DNA of 64,000 nt from contig NC_043010.1 of NCBI RefSeq assembly GCF_006345805.1, positions 53,940,001 to 54,004,000 on the forward strand, written 5' to 3'. Origin of the DNA: Octopus sinensis. Lineage: Eukaryota. The translations under genes were made by a program, and so were the position numbers. This document shows, one piece after another, positions 28,471 to 40,559 of this stretch. Under the pieces are notes generated by a model. It was not told the origin of the DNA. It searched no databases and saw only the letters and a program-made list of their open reading frames with translations. The stretch's first letter is position 1. Every line of letters starts with the position of its first letter.

Positions 28471-30976
28471 TGTTTCTTTATTAGCCACACAGGGCTGCAC
28501 ACAGATAGAACAAATTACAAGGTAGAGCTTTTCTTTTGAAGGCTTAAAAAAAAAAAGGAAGGGGGAGTTTCGATCAAAAGGGATCGTAAAAGGAGAGAAA
28601 GAGGACAAAAAAAGGGGGGTTAAAAAAAAGGGGGAGAGGAAAAAAAAAATTGATCACAGAAATGTCAATATGAAGTGTAAAGGGGAGGACAGGTGAGGTT
28701 TACCCGTGGAAAGAAAAGCCTACGGAAAAGACCACGGTAACCTCGGTCAATGAAGTCACATGTTATGTTTCTTTTTTTTTTTTTTTTGCAAATTAGCAAC
28801 TCTCTGTTTTCAATTTCTGGGTTCATAGGATCATGCTCAAGGTGGCTTCGTCATTCATACGTGCCATTCTTGCTACATTCACCCAACTTTTTTTAAAACA
28901 TTCGCTAGACAAAACTTGCCTCTCTACCCTCACTTTCCTTTTCAAGTGGTACTTGAAGAAGTTGATGAGAGATTGACCAGAGAGGAAAGTGTTTGTCTCC
29001 AATCCTTTCAGACGCGTCCACCAGATACATTATTTCGCCATAGCCACAAGGATGATGAAAATAGCTCTTCCTTCCCGTTTGAAGGAGGGAGGCGTGACAA
29101 TATTGACGATAGACTCAGCTGATAAACCGACTCGTCCCACACGTGACAGCAGTTGTTCGACACAAGCTCACAGGTCGGAAATTGTTGGACACTGCACGAG
29201 TGCGTGCAGAACGGTTTCGTCGCTCTGACCGCATCTCGGGCAGGTCGGCCCCGTGTTTCTCGAGCCGTGTCTGTAGAGCTTATCCCGAACGGGTAGCGCT
29301 TCTCGGTAGCACTGCCAGGCCAGGGATCTCTGGAAGTTGTCCATGGGCCCTGGCCCGAAAGTCGTCCTGAACAGGCGGGTCAGGTACTCCTCGTCGACGT
29401 CCAGGTTCGCCCCGAGCTCGTCGTCGTACCTCCCCTCCACTAAACCCCTATAGAATGCTTTGGTTGTGTTGAAGTCACTCAAGGTCGACCCAGGACGGCA
29501 GAGTTGCTTGAGAGCAACGCGACACTCGCGGTGCCATTCGCCTTCTTCGGCCTCTTTTTGATCCACGACTGCAGTTCGGTCATGGAGACGAGCTGCGGGA
29601 AAGCGTGCCTCACAAACGGCGACCACACCTGTTCACCGTCGTCTACATAGAGCCAGAGATGTCGCAGTCTCAGCGCGTGTCTGCGCATCATCAACCACGG
29701 CATGCCCAGCCCTCCTTTTAACGGGTGTTGACAGCAAATGGATCGCCTGACCATCGGGACGCATCCTTTCCACAAGAAGCGAAAGAGAATGCGTTGTAGT
29801 TTGGTGATGGTAGGGTCGGGACAAGGTACGACGGTCAGGCGGTAGTAGATGACGGACGCGATGTACGTGTTCGCCACCTCCGCCCGACCTTATAGGGACA
29901 GTTTCCTCTCGGCCCATTGCCGGGCGAGAGAGACCACCCTACTCGTTATCTCGTTCCAGTTCTTCTCCACTTGGAGGTCCGGACCAAACCAGACCCCGAG
30001 CAACTCAACCGGGCCGTCGGTCCAGCGTCCCACGATGGAGGCGCTGGTGGACGGCATGGGCTTGCTTCTCCAGGTGCCTAGTCGCAAGCCCACTGACTTT
30101 TCCCGGTTGATTTTCGCTCCTGTCACCGCTTCGTAGTTTTTCAGTGTCTCGCCGACCTGCTCGATGTGCTCGTGGCTAGACACTATGACGGTGACGTCGT
30201 CCGCGTATGCAGACACGCTCGTCCCGCATCCCAGTTCTCGCGGGATGCCTCTCGAGGTTGCCAACTTCCGCAATAATGGCTCGAGAGTTAATACGTATAG
30301 AAGCGACGAGAGGGGGCATCCCTGACGGACCGAACGTGCGATGTCGAAGGGTCTCGATAGATGTCCATTCACGCGAATTACCGAACGGATGCCTCTGTAC
30401 AAAGCGGCTATCCAGCCGCGGAAGACGGGACCGAAGCCAGCCGCTCCGAGGACAGCCTCCAAGTATCGATGGTCCACCCTATCGAAAGCTTTCGATTGAT
30501 CCAAATTGATCAGCGCCCCACCCATGCCAGGTTCGTTAACTACCCTGTCTATGATGTAGAGCATCAGGTGGGGGTTGTCATGGATGGTCCGGCCTGGCAC
30601 GGCGCATGTTTGCGCCCTGTCGACCAGTTTCTCGATGACAAGCGCCAACCTCTTGGCTAGCACCTTGGCCAAAATTTTCAAGTCTGCATTAAGCAGAGTG
30701 ATGGGCCTAAAGTTATCTATTACATTTCCCTTGTTTAGATCTTTCTTCAGCAGTGTTACGACTCCTGGGCTCACAAAACCAGGAATGCTCCCGTTTTGCT
30801 GCCAGTTGCAGTACACCGCCGCCAAGAGATCTCCAAACAAGTCTGGCATACAATTGTAAAGCTCGTAGGGTAGACCATCCAAACCCGGTGATTTGTCCCC
30901 CGAGCATTCTGTCATCGCTTCCTGCACTTCCGCCGCCGTGATGGCACCTTCGCAGCACCCTGCCTTTCTTGTCGAG
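28471..30976 (-). mobile_element. Tx1 (L1-clade) non-LTR retrotransposon, 5'-truncated, frameshifted ORF2 plus 3'UTR (copy T1)
   Basis: RT motifs SPGLDGLPYELY, FRPITLLNADLKILAK, INLDQSKAFDRVDH, RQGCPLSSLLY and SAYADD; thumb region LFRFLWKG...GGLGMP; C-terminal zinc finger CPRCGQSDETVLHALVQC. ORF2 stop is at about 28823. The 3' end is ...GGCTAATAAAGAAACA. The 5' junction abuts (TATC)n. Confidence 0.95.
29890..30927 (-). pseudogene. Reverse transcriptase domain of Tx1 ORF2 (345-aa open segment)
   Basis: ORF-track protein carries the L1/Tx1 RT motifs. The reading continues after frameshifts in ORFs 29479-29877 and 29168-29626. No endonuclease domain is present (5' truncation). Confidence 0.9.
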
Positions 30977-30980
30977 ATAA

Positions 30981-31013
<33 letters not shown>

Positions 31014-31014
31014 C

Positions 31015-31047
<33 letters not shown>

Positions 31048-31604
31048 TATAGATAGATAAATAGATAGATAGATAGATATATATAGCTAGATAGATAACT
31101 TGTAATCAATAAGAAAGATATTAGTTACGGGGAAAGATGGTGCCACATTGAAGTAATTAATGAAAAAATGATTTGAAAAGCCACAGTTTATGGTACGGCA
31201 TACCCTTCCATATCGGTATGTGTAATAATATCGATGTTGTTATATAGATATCTGAAAGACTCATTTTAAGCAAAACAGAAGTCTTGCTGTTAATGCTGCT
31301 AAATCTGTGAAGATCAAATGGACATCAGCCGATTCATAGATACCGTGTGTTAAAGGGACAAGCGGATGTAAACATTGCATGAGTTAACTAGGAAAAGGCT
31401 GTTCATAGAGGGATATGCGTGTTGATACCTAAAACATTATTTGTTGATACCGAAAATAGTGATAGCAACAATAATCAAAGAGATTGAACCGGTGTTAATG
31501 TAGAGGTGTTTTAAAGAAAGTTATCCAGGTAGCTGTTTATAGGGAGAATTTTTTCTGGGACAACGTTTTTCTCTCACTATTTTTCTATATGTAACACACT
31601 ATTA

Positions 31605-31950
31605 GAGAATCTGAGACCCCCTTCGGTCACGAAACTAACAATGGGATTGCACTTAGAAGGTTACTCACCCAGGCACGAGTCCGGACATGGTTGTTTATGG
31701 AAAACCAGCAGTCGCCCATGCACATCAATCTCTCTTCTCCACGCCACCAGTGTTATCCAAGGGAAAGGCAAGGGCCGATACAGTTTGGCACCTGTGACAT
31801 TGCAACTCATTTCTACAGCTGAGTAAACTGGAGGAACATGAAATAAAGTATCTTGCTCAAGAATACAACACTCAGCTCGCTTCCGGATTCGAGCTCACAA
31901 CCTCACGATCTTAAGCTCGGCGCTCTAACCACTGAGCCATGCACCTTCAC
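31605..31950 (-). mobile_element. tRNA-derived SINE family C
   Basis: Head GTGAAGGTGCATGGCTCAGTGGTTAGAGCG...GCTCGAATCC (A/B boxes), then a CTTGAGCAAGATACTTTATTTCA...CTCAGCTGTAGAAATGAGT central domain and a GTGACCGAAGGGGGTCTC tail. Confidence 0.85.
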
Positions 31951-33450
31951 AACAAACTATTAAACCACAATGGATTTGGATACAGGAGAATTCACCATAT
32001 TTTATGTGTCCAAATTTTAGCAGTATGGTGCCGATATTAAAACGTTTATGAAATTTCAACACTATACACACGTGTGATATCAAATTCGTGTCAGAGAATT
32101 TTTTAAAAGTAAAATCGAAGAGGGAAAAATAATTCAAGAACAAAAAAATATGAATTTAGGTGAAGTAAATTTTAAACCAAAAGAATGAAACGTTTACAAG
32201 ATAAGTGAGAGTCAGCCCACGGTAAAGTTTAATATAGCTCCTACTTCAATTTTATAACGAAAAGCAAAAAAAAATTCCTTTCATTTTAAAGGTATTTTGA
32301 CAAATATATATCGCTTTCAAACATTCAGGATTGAGAGCTGTGGGGAATTATGATAAATACCGATTCTGATAAGCAAAAATCATTTCACTATAGGGAATCT
32401 TCTGTTATTAAAACCAATATAAAGAAGAATTTTGAATTCATATATTAGATTATGTGATCTTTTTCCCCATTGACGTCGACCCAAACTGAAGTCATATTTT
32501 TCAAATTTACAGATATATTCATCTGAATATGTTTTAGATATATGCAGAATATTCAATAATTTTGCAGCTTAAATATGCAATAATTTTGCAGTGCTACCAA
32601 GTACAGAGTGTCTCAAGAACTGCATGCATTTATTTGGGCAATTTCCTTCCATTTTCTCTTTATAAGGAATCATACTTAATTGCATATCCTATACAATATG
32701 TCAATATCGTTTTTGAATAGATCTCCCTCTGCGTATACAAGCTTTACTAAAACTTCATATTCATTTATTTCTTTATATATATTGGTCTTATATAGGTAAT
32801 CAGGTTTCACACGAAATTTGAGTCCTCATTTTAATTTATTTTTACATATATTATTACTTTTATCTTCATTCGCACAAATATTTTATTTCACACATTTTTC
32901 CATTTGACGACATCTTCCTATATCCTTGCATACATTTTAAAAACCATTATACATTTTTTAAAATCCTATATAATTTTTGAAATATAATATAACACCGCTC
33001 GATATGAATTCAACTTCTGTAAGTAGGAGATATTTTAAGCTTTCTCAACTTTTAAACTATCTACAAAAATTAATCAACATCTATCCCATACATGTCACAG
33101 ACACGTACGCACACAATCAATAGTATTTGTAAAGTCGAAGGATATATTCAACAATAGAGTCCCAAGATGTTTATGGCTAGAATAGCCTCTGCAATAGACC
33201 TGCGATCATAATTTCCCTTTTCTAATCACCAACACGGGAACAACGATGCGGTAACTAACTCCAGAGCCTCTGTGTAGGCGTCCAAAAATTTAAGAACTCC
33301 AGCTAAATCTTCATCAAATTTCTTATATCACGGTCATAATACAAAAACGAACACCTTGGACCATATAAAATCCCGCTATACAAAATGAAGATTAAAAGCT
33401 ATGAAATCGAGTTAGACTAAAGGAACACTAACAAGACAAAGTGAACTAAC

Positions 33451-33522
33451 TTTGAAGAGGGACTTGGGGCGGGGACTAGAATAGTTCAAGATGGGTTCAT
33501 GCGCATTCGTTCTCCAAACAAA
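33451..33522 (-). CDS. Candidate 72-nt exon (FVWRTNAHEPILNYSSPRPKSLFK), unknown gene
   Basis: Strong acceptor tattttttcgataatttgcag, donor gttagt; symmetric phase 0 and open. Confidence 0.3.
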
Positions 33523-33897
33523 CTGCAAATTATCGAAAAAATATAAATAAAATATAAAGGATTATTAGTGAAAATTACAAAGTTACACACAAATGTATTG
33601 ACTACGATACAATATATATGGATGTGTGTGTATATATTTCCTTCGTTTTGCTGCTTATCTTTCTACGAAATGAGCAGATACATTGCGGAACAGTTATTTT
33701 AACGAGTTCTATTTATTTATCACCCGATAAGACACATCTGCACCGCCGGGTGCTGTTGAACCAGTTGTTCAGTATCCGACCCGTGAGAAATCGACGCTAG
33801 GTGCGTCGAAACAATTGTCGTGATTAATAATAAAAATTCTCGTATATTCCATATGTCTTTTATTTACCATATATATTTATGTATGATAGCATATATA

Positions 33898-34215
<318 letters not shown>

Positions 34216-34218
34216 AAG

Positions 34219-34287
<69 letters not shown>

Positions 34288-34818
34288 GTACATGCGTGTG
34301 AGAGTTAGTTGATAAGGTTCGTGTATGTGTTCTCGTTAGCTTATTAATATGCATACTAACTCTCAGAAACAAGTGTTCATTAAGCATGAAATATTCCAAA
34401 TACATAATTTATATAATTACACTCTCATCGAAATCATGCGCACATATGTAGAAAACTTGAAGAAATATAGAAATATAAAAACATTAGCAAAATGATTATC
34501 AACATGTGTGTATTCATGTATATATCTGGAGAGTGAAAAAGACCCAGAGAGAGAGAGAGAGAGAGGGGAGAGAGAGAGAGACAGAAGGAGAGTAAGAATA
34601 TGTGTACGTATGCGCAAATAAGCATTCATGCAAGCGCACTGAAGGGTTTTTAAACATTCTCAAATAGATTTGTATGTTTGTATTTGTGTGTGTGTGTGTG
34701 TGTGCTGGTACGTGACATAACGCATTTCGTTTTAAAGTACATACCTACAGTACACCACAATAATACATCGACAACGGGCAAACACATCACTCCAGAGAAT
34801 ATACACAGACCAACTTAC

Positions 34819-34845
34819 ATTTACTGAATCACACGAACGTACACG
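34819..34845 (-). CDS. Candidate 27-nt micro-exon (RVRSCDSVN), unknown gene
   Basis: gattttcttcag|CGTGTACGTTCGTGTGATTCAGTAAAT|gtaagt; only phase 0 is stop-free. Confidence 0.35.
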
Positions 34846-35540
34846 CTGAAGAAAATCATATACACATTCATATATACATATTGACACACACAGATATCAT
34901 ATGATATGTATGTATGTATGTAAGTATTTATTTTTATAAATATGTGTCTGAGTGTGTGTGTGTGGTGTGTGTGTGTGTGTGTGTGTTTGTATGCATGAAT
35001 TTGTAAATATTTACTGCGATTTGATTACGACATATGTGTATCGAGGGGTTATTATTCAATGCACGTCAATTTCAACGGCAGAACAGAATTTTAAATTGCG
35101 ACATAATGTTATGCCATTCCAATCAACCGCCTCTGCTATAAGCTTCGTAAGCAGCAGCGGAGAGACAGACTACGAATAATACTGCAAACAACAACAGCAA
35201 CAACAACAACAGCAACAACAACAATAGCAACAACAACTGCAAAGACAACAGCAGTAGCAACAGCCCCAACATAAATAATTGAGGTAATCAGAAGGAAAAG
35301 AACTCAAATAGAATCAAACAAAATAACGGTAGAAATATAAATATAATGCCAAGAGGGGCAACGATAAGCGTGAAGAAAACCAAAAACAACAGCTTTTGCG
35401 ATGACAACTACAATAGTTAGAAAGAAATAAACGGCTCGTCAAGATTAATTAAATGCTTTTGCTGTAATTACATAAAGAAACAAACGCACGTGATTCCGAA
35501 CACAGTGAATCACATGAACAGAGACAGAAACACTTAATCT

Positions 35541-36012
35541 CAAGGCGGCGAGCTGGCAGAAACGTTAGCACACCGGGCGAAGTGCTTAGCGTTGTTTCGT
35601 CTGCCATTATGTTCTAAGTTCAAATTCCGCCGAGGTCGACTTTGCCGTTCATCCTTTCGAGGTCGATAAATTAAGTACCAGTTACGCACTGAAGTTGATA
35701 TAATAGACTTAATCCGTTTGTCTGTCCTTGTTTGTCTTCTCAGTGTTTAGCCCCTTGTAGGTAGTAAAGAAATTCGTATTTCGTCTGCCGTTACGTTCTG
35801 AGTTCAAATTCCACCGAGGTCGACTTTGCTTTTCATTCTTTCGGGGTCGACTAAATAAGTACCAGTTATGCACCGGGGTCGATGTAATCGACTTAATCTG
35901 TTTGTCTGCCCTTGCTTGTCCCCGCTATGTTTAGCTCCTGGTGGGCAATAAAGAAATAAGAAACTTTAGTACGCCGGGGAAATTGCTTAGCGGTATTTCG
36001 TCTGCTGTTACT
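35541..36012 (+). mobile_element. SINE family B head-to-tail multimer (about 2.3 units)
   Basis: Full unit 35541-35775; second unit restarts at GTATTTCGTCTG; partial third unit. Confidence 0.92.
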
Positions 36013-36507
36013 CTGTACAAATATTTCGTGTTACTTCATTTATACGGCACTTGGTCTCCGGTACTCTCATGTTTGTAATTCTTCACTTAGTACATGGAGA
36101 AGGAAATATACCCACCACACAAAAAGACTATGTGTCACGTCTTGTTTGGGCCTTGGCGCGGAATCGCTGTATTTCTATGATTTAGTGAAATCTTACCAAC
36201 GAGAATTTAGAAATTGCTGCTGAGAGTAGTCCAGAATAATTCTATATCCAAAAGAGTGAAGTCCCGCTTTTGTTGTCGTCTCTAATTTCAACTTTCCTAA
36301 TGGAGCTGTTGGGTGCCCCGATCGTTCAATGACCCCTTGATGCTGCACAATTTTCCACTGACAAAAATATTTATTACTCATCCCCTTACGTTTGGCAATA
36401 GCTCGACTGTTAACCTATTTCCATACAATTTTAACTTACCCCTGCACGTATACACACATATACTTAATACATTTATAAACGGATACATTTCTAGCTATAA
36501 AAGAATC

Positions 36508-36512
36508 AAAAA
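36508..36512 (-). terminator. Pol III terminator (T5) for the tRNA-iMet
   Basis: TTTTT on the minus strand 14 nt downstream of the tRNA discriminator base. Confidence 0.65.
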
Positions 36513-36526
36513 TAACACCTACTTTT

Positions 36527-36598
36527 TAGCAGAGTGTAGTTTCGATCTACGGAACTCTGGGTTATGGGCCCAGCACGCTTCCACTGCGCCACTCTGCT
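36527..36598 (-). tRNA. tRNA-iMet-CAT: Initiator tRNA-Met (anticodon CAT), eukaryotic, with two non-consensus bases
   Basis: Minus strand reads AGCAGAG TG GCGC AGTGGAA GCGT G CTGGG CCCATAA CCCAG AGTTC CGTAG ATCGAAA CTACA CTCTGCT A (72 nt). Initiator hallmarks are present: A1-U72, three G-C pairs at the anticodon stem base, C33, and A54/A60 T-loop. There is one T-stem mismatch (C49-A65) and T46 instead of G46. Confidence 0.93.
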
Positions 36599-37354
36599 TC
36601 TCAAAAGAAAACGCTCATGAATAATGTATTAGTTTCTGCATTGTCTGTTCTGTGCTATAGTAATTCTATAACATTATCCGTCATATGTTATTTATTTGCT
36701 ACATATTTACGAGTATCTCTATGCATTGTATTGCAGTAACTACACAATACATACTGCAGCACTGGGATATTAATTTACTTATTGACGTTCGCTCTGGTTA
36801 TATTTCGAAATTCACATTTGACAAATCCCCAAATTTTTTTGGATATCTCTTCGCTCCAGTTTTCAATTTGACCAGAATTCAATAAATGTCTCTTTGCATA
36901 TCACTGTCACTTAATAAAATTCATCATAAATTTTCCATGACTTCCATCAATGAAAATGAACAGTTCAATACATGCTATAAATATGGTCGTTCAATCTTTA
37001 CACCAGTGACCCTTACAAGTGTGCACTGCTACGAGAGGTATCACATTACGCTTGGGATATTTAATAACATTACTTAAGCATTTGGAAAATACTTTCGAAT
37101 GCTTGGAATGACATGGATATATTGTTATTTATTATTTATTTACACCAGCGTGTCTTTGCTTTAGAAGCTTGTTTCGCAACCATGTGGTTTCGGGTTTCGC
37201 GTTACTTCGACAAGTGTATTCTATTATAGACCAGGGACGACCAATGACATGTAAGTAAATTTGTTAAACGGTAACTGTGTAGAAGACCGTCCTATATAGA
37301 TGTGTGCGTTTATTTGTGCATGTATGTATCGTATCTGTGAGTCCGTCTATCTAC

Positions 37355-37408
<54 letters not shown>

Positions 37409-37589
37409 CCATCATCTATCTATCTATTCTTTTATTTATTACTTGTTTTAGTCATTTGATTGCGGCCATGCTGATGCATCGCTTTGAAATATTTTACTGG
37501 ATTCAATCTGGTCCACGATTAAAAAAAAATCCTGGAGCTTATTTTATCATCTCTTTTGTCGAAACGCCAGTTTACTGGAAGGTAAATAC

Positions 37590-38030
37590 ACGCAAACCGT
37601 TTGTCAAGCCCCTGGCTACGTTGGTAGAAAATTTTAGGGTAAATGTCGGGTTATACCAGATTATTTTCCTCTTCCTAGTTCTCTTCGGGGTAAGGAGAAA
37701 GGGTTTGGGCTCCGTTCACATATTTGAGCTTCTCAAAAAAATCGCTTCTAGCCAAAGCACCATTGTAGTGGTGTGGGGTGGCTCTGTTAAAGATCTCCAT
37801 GTTTGTTGAAAGTTTAGACACCTATTTGCTAATGCCTGAAACCAGGTTTCTAATTACAGCAGGGAATATTGGTTTGAGCTTTTATGGATATATACCGTTC
37901 CTTCATTAGGCTTTCTGTAGGAGTAGTGATTGCCTGTGTTCAGGTATAATGTTACGCCCAAGTTATCGATAGGAAATCAAGTTGGTGGGAACCATTATCC
38001 TTTTATGAACGGGGATATACCTCCTTAGTA
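37590..38030 (-). mobile_element. Penelope-like element remnant (RT C-terminal/thumb region)
   Basis: Manual minus-strand translation with frameshifts gives LGVTLYLNTGNHYSYRKPNEGTVYIHKSSN...SKLSTNMEIFNRATPHYNGALARS...RKRKIIWYNPTF, which resembles the PLE 'YRKP..N..YI...SNHP' and 'RKIIWFNPP' motifs. Confidence 0.75.
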
Positions 38031-38142
38031 CCAGCCACACATATCACCGTCTGTACCCCTGTCAACGTCACAAATTAAGCCCCATGAACAGTACCGCCAA
38101 TTAACAATCACCAACACTACTTCATACCTGTATACTCGCATA

Positions 38143-38250
38143 CACTCACCCCTCTACATCACCCCTTGTGCAAGACCACGCGTATGTGTGAATGTGCACT
38201 CACCCCTCTACATCACTCCTTGCGCAAGACCACGCGTATGTGTGAATGTA
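38143..38250. repeat. 54-bp tandem duplication
   Basis: CACTCACCCCTCTACATCAC..TTG.GCAAGACCACGCGTATGTGTGAATGT occurs twice. Confidence 0.9.
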
Positions 38251-38875
38251 CACCGAAGCACACATAAACACTCGTGTAAGTACGGATGCATACACGCAGA
38301 TATACGGTCGTATACATGTACATATATACGTATATACCCCACATCTACCACCGCTCCTACTTCCCCCAACCACACCACCGATTTCTTGTCCACCACGCGG
38401 TGCACACGCTGCACAGTCACAATCCTTTAAAATTACACACCACATTAGCCTTGCATCATTGGTAATCCACATTATGAAACCGCCTCACAATTCGCAATTT
38501 ACATAGTTTCTATACAATCATACGACAAAGCCCACACAGCACATGATCTTCTTTCTTCGCATGTCATTACACGATAGATAGATTTCCTAAAAAAAAAAGC
38601 ACTCACACAAATCATTTTGTACACAGAATATTCTTGTCGCATTCACCGCCTGACACTAAAGAACAGAACATCAATTGCATAGCATAAACCGAACAAATAA
38701 TGCCACTCAGCGAATTAATTCACTTTGCACATACTCTGTACAGAAGACGAAATACTATAGTACCAAAAAGAAATAAAACAAGAACGATGAGAAAAAACAA
38801 GCAAGAAAAACCTTATAGAATATTATAATTGAAGCCGACAAGACTTGTAAACCCGTAAGACGCTGCCACACTCAC

Positions 38876-38896
38876 CTCAGCAACATTGATAGGCGC
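38876..38896 (-). CDS. Candidate 21-nt micro-exon (APINVAE), unknown gene
   Basis: ...cttcttctacaccaccag|GCGCCTATCAATGTTGCTGAG|gtgagt; lies in about 1 kb of unique sequence that is T/G-rich on the minus strand. Confidence 0.35.
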
Positions 38897-40084
38897 CTGG
38901 TGGTGTAGAAGAAGCTCGCATAAAATTGGAAAACATGATGATGAATAACAAAGTAAAATAGTAATAATAATAATAATAATAATAATACTATTAATATTAA
39001 TAATAATAATAATAATAACCGTCGTGGTAATAATAACAACTATAAGGGTAACGAAAGTAGCGTTAATAATAGCAGTAATTATTGACAATCATAAAATTTT
39101 GATCGTGATGATGATGGCGATACTAATTGCTAGACATGAAAAACAAATAAATATGCATTTAGCTCTACCACAGTTATACAATGTTATTACAACTAACGTT
39201 AGCACAAAATATTGCATAAAATCACAAAACACAAAACACAAAACAGTGAAATCATGCCTACGCACTGGTGTACAAAAAAAAACACGTATATCTATACACA
39301 GACGGTTAACACACAAACACAAGCACGGAGGCAAATATACAAGTACAAACAAAACACACACACAGATACAAACGTAAACTGCAAGAAACGAAAACAGAAG
39401 CAAACATTTTCTAAATCACGAATTTTAAGCAAATTAAAACCATGGAGGCAACAACTTGAAAACAAAAATAATAATACACCAGCGACGTTATAACAATGTG
39501 AACAATACTATTAACAACAGCGAAAACTGCTACAGCAACACTAATACAATTAACTATTAGAACAATAAATAAACCGAATTATACAAGCAGGATATAATAA
39601 TAATATAACAGGTATAGTTTATGAGAGACTATTGTGGAAAATACGCCGCAGTTATGAAGTTATTCTATTTTAAAATTCATTTGGGTGTTTTGGTTATTAT
39701 TTTATGCCGTTTGTATTTCTTAAGACTATTTCCATTGTGACTTCCGAGATTGTTAAAGGCTTTCAGCAAAGCAAAACGAAATGCAACAAAACAAAGCTAT
39801 AAAATGCAATATATTGCAATTAATTCTGCTGACTAGAAAAAGTAGTTCGTGTCAGAAACAATATAGGCATGGTAGTGCGAAAATCCTACTTTTAGCAAGC
39901 ACTTGGTCCTCAGTTCGATACCGACGTACAACTTAATTGAGAAGTATTTTTTCTTTTTAAATATCATTCGGTTTCACCAAAGGGAAGATAATTTCAACTA
40001 GGAGATGAATAGTTATTAATTAATTATATTCAATTTATTTTCTCACTGTGCAATATTTATAACTATACAGTTATATTTGTATCT

Positions 40085-40530
40085 TTTCAATCATCAGATT
40101 GCGGCCATGCTGGGTCACCGCCTTGAATAGTTTTCATCCTAATATATCGGCCCCAGTACATATTTTCTGCTGAAACGCTAAGTTGCGGGGACGTAAACAC
40201 AACAGAACTGTTTGACAAGCGGGGATGGTGTGACAAATACACCCCCCACACACACACATACACACACAAATAACACACAAACGCACACACACACACAACC
40301 ACACACATGGGTTTCTTTCTCTTTCCACCTACTAAATCCACTTATAAGGTTTTGGTCGATCCGAGGCTATAGTAGAATATACTTCCCCAAGCGTCTACCA
40401 AATCCACTTATAAGGTTTTTGGTGGTACGAGGCTATAATAGAAGGTTATTTCCCCAAAGTGCAGCGAAGTGGGACTGGAACTCGAACCGTGTGGTTTCGA
40501 AGCAAGCCTCTTGCCACACAACCATCCTTG
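40085..40530 (-). mobile_element. SINE family A, diverged, with internal duplication
   Basis: Degenerate head, body and tail; CTAC.AAATCCACTTATAAGGTTTT is duplicated. Confidence 0.75.
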
Positions 40531-40559
40531 CGTCTATGATCTAGATCTAGACACTTGTT

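Noticed and set aside
33738-33806. Plus-strand 69-nt phase-1 exon candidate (DTSAPPGAVEPVVQYPTREKSTL)
   Set aside because: Plausible, but it has a weak AAG acceptor and conflicts with neighbouring minus-strand candidates. It cannot be supported without RNA data.
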